DNA of 63,341 nucleotides, filler included, from Kipferlia bialata (taxonomy: Eukaryota), in the NCBI GenBank assembly GCA_003568945.1. It is 7 parts of 6 records of this genome, joined end to end, with 100 filler letters (N's around TTAATTAATTAA, not from the genome) between each part and the next. Parts side by side here need not be neighbours in the genome. Positions count along the whole stretch, not along the records: positions 10,975 to 21,847 come from BDIP01001341.1; positions 21,948 to 32,820 come from BDIP01001342.1; 5 more parts are not named here. The stretch is one strand, 5' to 3'. The notes beneath the pieces were generated by a model, which worked only from the letters and a program-made list of their open reading frames with translations, did not search any database and had not been told where the DNA came from. Position 1 is the first letter of the stretch. Every line of letters begins with the position of its first letter. A program made the translations under genes and the position numbers. Positions 12,217 to 23,807 of the stretch are shown here, in pieces.

Positions 12217-14343
12217 TGTACTGTGTATGGTGTCTGTTCCATGATCGGTGGCATCCTGTCAATGGTTGTCGGACAGGGCGTCAAGGACAACCACATCATC
12301 GGATTCGTGATTGGGTATGTGGCTGATTCTCTCCCTCATGTATGTCGTTGTCTTTCTCTCTCTCTCCCTCACCCTCAGCATGACATGCTCCTACTCTGTC
12401 GGTCTAGTCATCTTTGGACTGGCCACTGACTCCTGGATGATGATGGTCACAGCCGCTATCATGGTGTGTATATATACATATACGTATATTTATATATATA
12501 TATCTACTCTACTATATATACCCTCTGGATGATGCTGGTCACCGCTGCCTTAATGGTACGTATCTCTTTATATAACATATAACATATATAACTATTAATA
12601 TATATGTACATATATATATATACCCTGTGGATGATGCTGGTCACAGCTCCCATTATGGTATGTGTATACATATACGTATATATATATATATATATATATG
12701 CCTACTCTTCTATATATACCCTCTAGATGATGCTGGTCACAGCTGCCGTAATGGTACGACTCTCCCTATATAACATATATCTATATAACTATATATATAT
12801 ATCATATATGACATATTGACATATTGACATATATAATTATATACATATATACCCTGGATGATGATGGTCACCGCCGCTATCATGGTACGTCTATGTCTCT
12901 CTCTCTCTTATCGTATTCATATGTATATATATATATATACTAATACCTACTCTTCTACATATACCCTCTGGATGATGCTGGTCACAGCTGCCGTAATGGT
13001 ACGACTCTCTCTCTCTATATATATATATCTGCATAGTGCTAAATTAGCACTGCTAATCATAGGGTATGGTTGATGGCGTGGCCATGCCCATGATCATGAC
13101 ATTCTTCCAGAGCCATGCACCAGCTGGTAGCATGGGAACAGTAATGGGTATGGATGTTCATAAATATAGATACAATATATATTGTATATTTATATACAAT
13201 TAGAGAGACAGGGAGGGGGAGAGGGAGAGAGATAGATGCACCAGCCGGTAGCATGGGCACAGTCATGGGTGAGTATTGTATATATATATATGAATGTATG
13301 TATATTCATAGAAGTATGTATATATACAGAGAGAGAGGGAGAGACAGCTGGCAGCATGGGCCCAGTAATGGGTGAGTGTATGTACATAGAAATATACATA
13401 TACATGTTAGGAGAAATATATAGATATTTGTATATATGTGTATATAGAGAGAGGGAGAGACAGCCGGCAGCATGGGCACAGTAATGGGTAGGTAGATGTT
13501 TATATATGTATATATATAAGTATATATATAGAAATATAGAGGGAGAGAGAGAGAGAGATTGCAGCATGGGAACAGTCATGGGTACGCTTCTCTTTCTCTA
13601 TGATATGTATATGATCTTTCCCCTAGGAGCCTTGAATATGTGCTGGTTGGGTAGACATATAGTCAGTACATAGACAGTGTGTATGTATACATATGTACAT
13701 ATAATATTATAGTGTCTTACCCCTAGGTGCCTTGATGATGTGCTGGGCTGGTCTCTCTCTCTCTCCCTCTCTCTACTGTACATAACTCTGTATATGAGTC
13801 TAATCTTCTTCTTACCCCTAGGTGCTCTGATGATGTGCTGGGCTGGTCTGTGTCTGCACTATATATACTTACTTATCCAATGGATACCATATGAATATTG
13901 TATCGTTTAACATCAGGTGCTTTGATGATGTGCTGGGCTGGCCTGGAGCCCATCTCCTATGCCCTCTCAGGATTCCTGTTCGAGCTAGGTACATACCAAC
14001 CTATGATACTAAGATATCATGTACTATTACTACGCTCCCAGAGGAGTTATGTTTGAACTAGGTGCGTCTCTCTCTGTCTCTCTCATACCGAAGTGCCCAG
14101 ACGCTCATGTCTCCCGCTCTCTCTCTCTCTCCCTTCCTCTCTCTCTCTCTCTCATACCTAGGTGCCCAGACATTCATTGTTGGCTCCGGCTGCTTCCTGT
14201 TTGTGGTCTTCCTGGTCGTGATGTTCATGGCATACGGTCTGGGGTTCTCCAAGGAGACACCTAGCACAGACGACACAGAGAGTGCTGAGGGAGAGGGAGA
14301 GAGAGAGAGAGAGAGTGCAGTCACCCAGGAGGACATGGTGTGA
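12217..14343 (+). CDS. MFS transporter, C-terminal half (multi-exon)
   Basis: Hydrophobic exons YGVCSMIGGILSMVVG..|..VGLVIFGLATDSWMMMVTAAIM|GMVDGVAMPMIMTFFQSHAPAGSMGTVMG|ALMMCWAGLEPISYALSGFLFELG|AQTFIVGSG..*. Q..xP....G.vmG is typical of the loop between late MFS helices. Confidence 0.7.
12433..13905 (+). repeat. Intronic arrays of exon-end/splice-site echoes in the MFS gene
   Basis: Five copies of TGGATGATG.TGGTCAC.GC....ATG|GT, four copies of CAGCATGGG..CAGT.ATGG|GT and three copies of CCCTAG|GTGC..TGATGATGTGCTGG, separated by (TA)n/(GA)n-rich spacers. Confidence 0.9.
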
Positions 14344-15176
14344 GATCAAAGTCCTTTCCATCGGTGTTATATATATTGGGCCAGAGGCTGAGGGAGATAC
14401 CGAAAATGTGTAACTGATAGTGACACTATTATAGTGTGATTCATGTATTGGTGATGCTTCGTGAAACTGAGAGATACCGTATATACCGTATGTGTTATTA
14501 GTAACTAGACCATAAATTGATGGGTTTTGCTGGGTCAGTAACATAGCATAGACTGACCAGTCCATTATACAACAACAGTTCAGCGTCCGATCACTATATA
14601 CGTGTGGTAGATACAACACTTCAACTGTTACAATTCTATGGTACAACTTCTATATACTCAATGGATTATACTCTATGGAAATTCTACAGATTCCATTGTA
14701 ATCACAACATCGTGATGATCATATCAGGTGAGTCCAATACTATACAGTGTGACTCATACTTGTGGACCACAAGTTGTGGTACAGCGATCCTCAGGTGTTT
14801 CAGTCCCCGAATCCTACTCAACCCGAAGGACAGCAATATACGGCATCCACCTGTGTTGTCTAATTGACTCCCCTTTTACAGGGCCTGTTAAGAAGACAGT
14901 TTACTCTGTTTCTCTGGCGTATATACATCAATAGTCTGAGATCGACTCTCTCCCGAAGTATTCTGGCTGGTTCTATTGTATTACCATGCGTGCCAGGCTG
15001 GGATTCCCAGCCAATGTGATGTCACTCCATCTCTCCCTTTATGCTATTGTAGTACTCTTTCCCTCCTGAGTCGAAAGTATGTATATGAAACACGTCCTGA
15101 AGTAGTATGACACTTACTCATTGGTTACTTCTCTGCACCACTAAGTTCCTCCCCAGAAACCCAGAGAGACACACTC

Positions 15177-16142
15177 TCACTCGTCACTTCTCCTCAACAC
15201 GTTACTGCTCCCCACCATACTGATCTGGAACTCTGGACCCAGTAGGTGGGGGTCGACGTTGATAAGCAGGGAGACTGTTGGGGATGCCAGCAGAAGAGTG
15301 GTGCTGTTGAGCCAAATCAGAGACGCAAAGTTGACGTTTGTGGTTGGCAGGGACTTGACTAGCACTCTGTCTTGCGACAGAGTGTCATGGATCCAAAACT
15401 CTGTGGCGTATCCTCTTTCCTCTGCCTGTAACACTAACAGTTGGTACTGACCGTACAATGTCACAGCAAGGAGAGCTAAAGTGTCAGTGTCGGAGACGGG
15501 TACAGGGGCCCATATGTCCGGTTCACTGGTCCACTCGTGCTTGTCGTAGGCCGCATAACATGGCAGAAGGCAACACACAGAGTATATGACGTGGCGGAGA
15601 TCATGAGTGGATCCTGCTGCATCGACTAGTGGCCGAGGACACCTACCCCCCTTGGACCACTCCGGTGTGGTCACAGACCACTCCCAGGTGTCATAGTTGG
15701 AGCAATTGAAGCCTTCCTCAGTGTTACCACCTGAGACTACCAACGAGTCACCCACGGAGAATATGTATGGCCATTGGACGGAGAGACCGTCAGCGAATGG
15801 AACACTCTCCCACTCATCCGTTGCGATCGAGTAGACACCCATGACTCTCTCAGACCACGATATTGCCACTACACAGTCTGCGACACGTCTCAGTGTCGCC
15901 GCAGTATCTCCAATGGGCATGGCGGGCCCTGCAATGCGAGCAGAAGTGAATCTGAGGTCATCAGAGAGGGTGATGATTACCCAGTGGTGCTCAGGGTTTG
16001 TGCTCCTCTCAAGTGTGTATGTCAGCATAGCTCTGTTGTCTCCAAGTGGTGCCGCAGATATGAAACATCGCGAAGTGGCATCAGGGACCAAGTCATGTAT
16101 CAGTCTACAGTCGGTGAACCAGGGCATCCCATCCATACTCAT
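15177..16142 (-). CDS. Kelch-like beta-propeller family protein, intronless, 321 aa
   Basis: Long ORF with PW..CR at the N-terminus, VGDSLVVSGG..DTWEWS..EW, and C-terminal LNSTTLLL..NVDP, similar to the 4543-5765 family. Confidence 0.7.
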   Translation of the reverse strand: MSMDGMPWFTDCRLIHDLVPDATSRCFISAAPLGDNRAMLTYTLERSTNPEHHWVIITLSDDLRFTSARIAGPAMPIGDTAATLRRVADCVVAISWSERVMGVYSIATDEWESVPFADGLSVQWPYIFSVGDSLVVSGGNTEEGFNCSNYDTWEWSVTTPEWSKGGRCPRPLVDAAGSTHDLRHVIYSVCCLLPCYAAYDKHEWTSEPDIWAPVPVSDTDTLALLAVTLYGQYQLLVLQAEERGYATEFWIHDTLSQDRVLVKSLPTTNVNFASLIWLNSTTLLLASPTVSLLINVDPHLLGPEFQISMVGSSNVLRRSDE

Positions 16143-17090
16143 AATGTGTAGTTCTCACTCTCTGTGGGTACTCGTAATGATCTGGACATTAGTTCAGACT
16201 GTTTCTAGAGTAAGGTGCGATTAACTGTCTAGACACTAGACTCTAGTGTGGGCTATGAGTGTTGCTGTTTCTGTAGATATCAGGTCCTTTCTGTCACTCT
16301 TTCGGAATAGCAAGTTTCATTACGGCAATCAAGTAACTAGATACCTCTGGTTTGGCCTCTGCTAGGATATGACCTCTGTTACGGTGGGAGTATTTGTAGG
16401 GTGGAGAGATGAGCCACACTAAATCTGTATGATACTGATTGTACAAAGTCTCAACAATACTGATACTCTCTGGTGGGTCTCACTACTGAACTGCCAATAT
16501 ATTTTCGGTCGGAGCTTCCGACTCGGAATAGGCCTTCTATTGCAGAGGGTGTTTCTGCAACGATCCCTTTGAGAGGCTTGAAGTTCAAGCCAAGAACCCC
16601 ACCAATTCTAGGTGTGGCTTGGTATCATTAGTGTTTTGAGAGCTGTTCATGCAACTCTGTGTTAAATTCAGTTACTGACCGTGACCGTGCTGTACTTTAG
16701 TAGTAAGTTTGCCCTCGCACACAAGTCATTACTTACCTTCTCCATAGCTTTGCCGGTGAATGGACACATGTCATAGCTCATGAGGGTGTGATTATCAATG
16801 TAAACATAGCATAGGCTCCCTAATCTAGAGCCTTCTGTATCTATGCTGCACGTGATACTGGAAACCAGGAATATGCTCAAGAGTCCAAATGCAGTTAGAC
16901 TCACAGTGACTATGAGTCATAGTCTCACTCTGATTCATAATAATGACACTGTTTGAAGAGTAATACTCTTCGACTACGTTCCACAACTCCTTTACTTCTT
17001 CCCCTTGTGTGCACTGTCCTTCTGAAGACAATGAATACCATGCAGAGAGCATATGTATTTATACTAATATGCAGCATATGTATCAATACA

Positions 17091-20000
17091 TTACTTCTTC
17101 CCCTTGCGTGCCGCACTCTCCTTCTTCTTCTGCAGCTTGAGGCGCCTCTTCTCCAGCATCTTGGCCTGGGTATTAGATGCAAACCATCCCATTTATGGAA
17201 TGAACTAAGAGGAAGAGAAGAGAATACTGTGAAAGTATGGTCGCCTCTTCTCCAGCATCCTGGCCTGAGTATTAGAGAGAGAAAGAGAAAGATAACTCTG
17301 GCCGAAGGATCAGCCATGGGCCGATATATGGGAGAATAGAGGAAGGAATTCTGTGTTTCCTCTTACTCCATACATATATACCAGGTACCTTGTTCCTAGC
17401 GGCTGCCTCTTCCTTCTTGGCCTCTGCCTCCTGTCTCAGTCTCTCTCTCCTGTCTCTCTCGCACTCCTTGGGAAGGTGGCTGGGGTCAATACCATTATTA
17501 ACAAGTATATAGTGACAGTGATACATCACAGGAATAGTTGTATCTGTGGATGTACCTAAAGTTCCACAATGTCTTCACTGAGTCTCCTTGGCCAGACATA
17601 AGAGGCACCATATGTATTTATATAATAACCAATGATAGACTAATTACATACCTGAAGCCCCACACAGCCTCCACGCCCATCTCCTTGGCCAGAGATGCCC
17701 AGGCACCGTCCTTGGAGGCATCCCATGGCAGAATGGCCTGGCAATTAGAGACTATACGTATAGATAGTCACTACTATATATACACACACGAATTAGAGAA
17801 TAGAAAATGTATGATAAGTCCTTTGATGCATCCCAGGCAGACTGGATGGCCTGGCAATTAGAGATAGTATATACATTTCTTTTGTATTGTAGAGGACACT
17901 ATACTAAAGAACTTGTATATAATAGTCCTTGGCTGCATCCCAGGCAGGCTGGATGGACTGGAGATGAGTGGCACAATACACATGATGCTATATAGTGTAG
18001 TATTTGTATAGTATAGCACATTAGATTTGCCAGGCTGGCAGGATTGAATGACACTGAAACAGAACATAGAATTAACGTATGCACTGTACATGTATATATA
18101 CTTGGTCTTCCTTCCTGGTTCTTGCCACAACTATAAATTTTCAAGATATGGGATCATATAATACCAGAATCAATGGTATATATCTAATATAGTATGATAC
18201 CAGAAACCCATAACTATTGAGATAATATCACCACACAGGTATACCTGGCCTGCCTTTCTGTTCTTCTTGGCACGGCTCTTGCTGGAATAAGAGAGTGGAA
18301 TAGTGGACATGAGTGTAGTCAGCATGCTCAGATAGTACAATCCGAAACTTTCACAAGTCAATGGATATATATAATATTTGTCTGAAATGGAGAGAAAGAG
18401 TACCTGTGGGCCTTGATGCACTGCTGGATCTCCTTGATTGTGTCAACGTGACAGTCGGGAACAAAGGACTTTAGTGAGTGTCCAGATATACATAATATTA
18501 CAAGAGCAAGATCGACAGGATCTACATCTCAGCTATGGGTTCTACGAAATCTATCCAGCTGCTATGTATGTATCTGTGTCGGGAACTGTGACAGACAACC
18601 ATGCAGCTGTATACATAGTGCCGTAAGACTGACTGTACATACTTCACAACTCAAAGTACTTTATATAGTCAGCATAGCTATAAACATCACATACATACGC
18701 GACAATGCAGTTGTATACATAACTGTCTGTATATACTCCTCAACGGAAAGTAAGAAGTATATATAGCCATATGCAACACACCACGTACATATGCGACCAT
18801 GCAGTTGTATGCAAACTTCCTCGCAAGTGCGACGTTTCCAGACCGGGTCGCAGAGAGGAATCCCATCTGGGGTGAGAGATGTGGTTCATTTCTGTGGTTC
18901 ATTTCTCTATAGAGAAGAATTAGAGATAAAACAATACAGGTCATGAACCCTATCCACAGCATTCGATACAGAGAGACACCTACGGAACCTACCTGGAAGA
19001 TGTTACCCATCATGTGTGGGTTGGATTTGAACTCGTATACGGTGAGTCTGAGGCTCTGACAGTGAGGGTGAGGAAGACAACTAAGGATATACTGCATTCA
19101 GTAATATAAACTAAAACATAATAAAAAGAAGAATAAGAAAACAACTATAGTATATAGTATATAGTATATAGTATATAGTACTGAAAATCGCTATATGTTG
19201 GTGGGTATTATAGCATGGTCGTACCTCCAACAACTCTGCCATGGAGGGCTTCCTACCGCGCAACAGAGGACCCTAAGGGGTCAGACCATACATGTAACCA
19301 AGAATGAATTGTGTAGGACAGAGTGAAGACAATATGCAACCAATACAAATACCACATCGTTCCATTATGGTGAATAGCGGCTTTCAGATTCAACTTACAA
19401 CCCTTGTATGAAAACCAACAGAAATATGACTCTCAGCGCAATTATCTGTAATGATACATAGTAGTCCTATGTATATTCGAGAATATGTCTTACTCAGTTG
19501 AATATACTACACATACACATTTCCTATCACCTCAATCTCCAACATGCATCTATATACCATAGATACATAAGACAACATGAAAGAGCACACAGATAGATGG
19601 GATAGAGACAAGTATCTTACCATCACAATCTCTGACAGGCGGCGTCTGTTGGAATCACTCTCCAACAGGGCATATCCAGTGAGAGAACAGGCCTGAGGTT
19701 ATATAGTATAACGGACAACACTCTAATTGTAAAACAACGGGTTCCCCTATCAAACTGCGAAACTAGTGAGAGAGTAGGTCTATGATTGTATAACAATTTG
19801 TACTGAATATTGGAATACTTGGAGTGACAGTTGTAGACTAGTAAGGCCTGGTGTCTGTTCAACTGGTGACAGGCAACTGAGATAGAATGATAATTGAAGA
19901 GAAAACCATGTTGGAACAAGCTACCAAGCTGAGTTAGATGAGCATTAATAGATGAACACTCAATACACACTAACATACACGTAACAGTATACTCAAGAGG

Positions 20001-20727
20001 TAGAGAAACAACGAAAGACACTACCTCACAGGTGCAGTCGAAGTTGAAAAGCTTCCTCAGCTCATCCATGCGGTCATCCCTAGGCATGAGATACTATATC
20101 ATACTATATATATATACAATACATATTATGTACTATACTATATATATTAGACTGCCAACAATTCAACATTGTAGAAACAGTATGCATTGTACCTGCCCGT
20201 GAACATGTCTCTCCCACATACTCTATATACGATTAGTGCATATATACACACTATGTATATGAGTGTAGTATGCACATGTATATATATATGTACCTGGCCG
20301 TGAACATGTCTCTCCCATAGTATCTGGTGAGCTCTTCTCCTGCCTGGACAGATAAGTATACAGACTACACAGTATATAGTATATGAATCAGTAATACTTA
20401 TCCTTAGAATAAAGAATATATTACATAGTATCTGGTGAGCTCTTCCCCTGCCTGGACAGATTAGGATATGAAGTATATATATAGGTATTGCAGTGCACAA
20501 AGGACAATATCTACAAATTCTCTTTCATATATAGGAACCGTGACAATTAGAGAGAATATGAATAGAGTGGTGAATGTCTTGCAAGTGCCAGGCGCACAAT
20601 AGTGGTTTCTCCTACTCGAGAGAAGAAGTGGTATATTGCTTACATACACATATGTCTACAGACCTTAATGTCTCTGGCAGCAGAGTATCTCTCCATTGGC
20701 TCCTCTCCCTCACCTGACATTAATGGT

Positions 20728-20764
<37 letters not shown>

Positions 20765-20954
20765 CCCATAGGCAGTTGACGTTGTATACAATATAATGGA
20801 CACCCTCTATATATACAGTGAATAACATTGAGGAGTGTATATATAGTATACTATGTACCTCCCTCCACCCATAGGCAGTTGACGTTGTACACACACGAGT
20901 GGTTGAGGTAGGCGCCAAACTCAAACAGAGCCATGTCCTGATAATAGGGGTGTA

Positions 20955-20990
<36 letters not shown>

Positions 20991-21847
20991 GTGGCATATA
21001 CCTGATCCCCACAGTAGTTGTTGGTCCGTACAATGCCACTGAGCGTCTTGCCGTTGGCAGTACGGTTACTGAACGGGTCCTTCCCCACACAGTCTTCATA
21101 TGCATCGCACATGTCCCAGATTTTCTGATGGTTATATATGTTTGGTTTTACGTCATCACTAGAATAATCACACCACACACACACTCTCTCCCACATCATA
21201 CTAGGTATACATACTATACCATACCTTCTGGACACTCTGTGGAAGGGCAGCCACACTTGATGCAAAGTACTCATCTCTCTCTCTCTCCTTCTCCCTCTCA
21301 ATATACATATATACTCATTCAATCATACATACTATACCTTGTGGTCACTATATATATTTATCTCTCTCTCCCTATATATAAATATATACCTTCTGGACAC
21401 TTTGTGGGAGTGCAGCCACAGTGGATGCAAAGTACTCATCTCTGAATGTGTTGGACTGCTGGCCATACATGTCTCGGTACTCCTGAGGGTTATAGAGAGA
21501 GAGACATATATATACTGAGAGAGAGAGAGAGAGAGAGTCTCTGAATCTGTTGGACTGCTAGCCAAACATGTCTCTATACTTCTAAGGATCAGAGTAATTA
21601 GCATTACAATATGTATTAATATATTGAGATAGAGAGAGAGAGAGAGACAGAGAGAAATAGAGAGAGACTCTGCTAGCCATAGATATCTCTGTACTCCTTA
21701 GGTAAGACTCTCATCCATACGTATGTTATCTACTAAGTGAGAAAGAGAGTGTTGGGCTGCTGGACATAGATGTCGGGGTACTCCTAAGGGTTATGTATCA
21801 TATCCGCATACACATAGACAATGAGAGAGAGAGAGAGAAGGGGGGGG
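17091..21847 (-). CDS. SET-domain (SMYD/Set5-like) lysine methyltransferase, 5' truncated (multi-exon)
   Basis: ..GIVRTNNYCGDQ|DMALFEFGAYLNHSCVYN..|..AARDIK|AGEELTRYYG..R|DDRMDELRKLFNFDCTCE|ACSL.. contains NHSC, GEELT.Y and the post-SET CxCxxC. It ends in a Lys-rich tail with TAA at 17093-17091. Confidence 0.85.
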
Positions 21848-21947
21848 NNNNNNNNNNNNNNNNNNNNNNNNNNNNNNNNNNNNNNNNNNNNTTAATTAAT
21901 TAANNNNNNNNNNNNNNNNNNNNNNNNNNNNNNNNNNNNNNNNNNNN
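21848..21947. other. Artificial contig spacer
   Basis: N44-TTAATTAATTAA-N44. Confidence 0.98.
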
Positions 21948-22002
<55 letters not shown>

Positions 22003-23169
22003 TTATATACAATGCAGCATCCATACCTTCTTGAGCAGGTCCTTGAGCTCAGGGCCAATACAATCTCTCTCTCTCTCTCTCTCATATATAGCGTCCCAGT
22101 AGTATATATAGTGTCCCAGTAGTATATATAGTGTTTCATAGTAATAAATAAAGAAATGAAGTAATAATGTATATATACCTTCTTGAGCAGGTCCTTGAGC
22201 TCAGGGAAATCCATCCCCTCACTCTCAATAGTTACAAATCAGTAGTATATATATATATATGTGTATATATATACATATAGAAGAAATGAAGTATTAATCA
22301 ATATATACCTTCTTGAGCAGGTCCTTGAGCTCAGGTGTGAACCTGGGGGAGAAGGTCAGGCGCTGGGGGTAAGATTTAGAGATGCAACATATGACAATAG
22401 AATATATATATATATATATATATCTATATATACATTAATATATATATATATATAAATATAGTATACACTATGATATTATACTTGTACATATACATATTAG
22501 TAATTATAGACACAAACACTAACACACATATATATATATGTGTGTATACTTGTATACAACGTACCCCGTGTGTGATGGCGTGTCTAGTTCTGTTCATGTC
22601 ATCGTGCATGAAGGGGGTAACTATATATACACATATTACAGTATATATATACACACACACACACTCATATATATATATATATGTCACATGTATATATATA
22701 TATGTATATATATACATACCCCGTGTGTGATTGCGTGTCTTGTTCTGTTCATGTCATCGTGCATGAAGGGTGTAACTATATATATAATAGTATATATATA
22801 TATACATACACACACACACTAATATATATATATGTATATATATACTCACCCCATGTGTAATGGCGTGTCTAGTTCTGTTCATGTCATCGTGCATGAAGGG
22901 GGGCTGGCCCTCCACAAGCTCATAGAGGAGGATGCCTGATATTAAGGGTGTAGAGGGGGAGAGAGAGAGAGAGAGAGAGAGAGATCGTGCATGAAGGGGG
23001 GCTGGCCCTCCACAAGCTCATAGAGCAGAATTCCTATGGATAAGAATACACATATATAAAGAGAGAGAGATAGGGAGAGAGTCCACGTATCTAATAATAA
23101 CCTAGAGACCTCACATCCATCGCACTATCATAGGCTGTCCCCTTGACCATATCTCTCTCTCTCTCTCCA

Positions 23170-23209
<40 letters not shown>

Positions 23210-23733
23210 CTAACCTAGGCTCCATACGTCCACTCCACTGTCGTATGCTGTGCCCTTGACCATCTCAGGTGCAAGGTAGTCAAGGGTGCCACACATGGTG
23301 CCCCTGTTAATTAGATGTTATACATATATATATATATATAGAGAGAGAGAGAGTGAGAGAGGTGAGAGAGAGAGATTATGTGCTAGGTAGTCCAGGGTGC
23401 CACACATAGTGCCCAAAGAGTCCATGAGGAATAGAAAGAGAACCTATACAAAGAACAAGAGAAGACAACGAGAGAGAGAGAGAGAGGGAGAGAGATAAGA
23501 AGGAAACATATAAATTGAAATGTGTATCACAGAGAGAGAGAGAGAGTAAACTTGGACATAATGTAGTCAAGGGAGTTTAGAAACAGAAAGAATACATCAT
23601 GTATAGTACAATAATTACATTATATATACTACATATCTTTTTACCTCCTATTGGCAGCCATTGTGACGTGCACTCCCCATCCAAAGTCAGACAGTTTGAC
23701 TACACCCTCGGAGTCCAGCATGATGTTCTCGGC
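21948..23733 (-). CDS. Aurora-like Ser/Thr kinase, C-lobe exons only (partial)
   Basis: [73 protein letters not shown]..|[22 protein letters not shown] and CGTLDY..PEM are Aurora signatures. Confidence 0.85.
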
Positions 23734-23759
23734 CTAGACATTAGTATACATATATATAC

Positions 23760-23800
<41 letters not shown>

Positions 23801-23807
23801 TACATAC

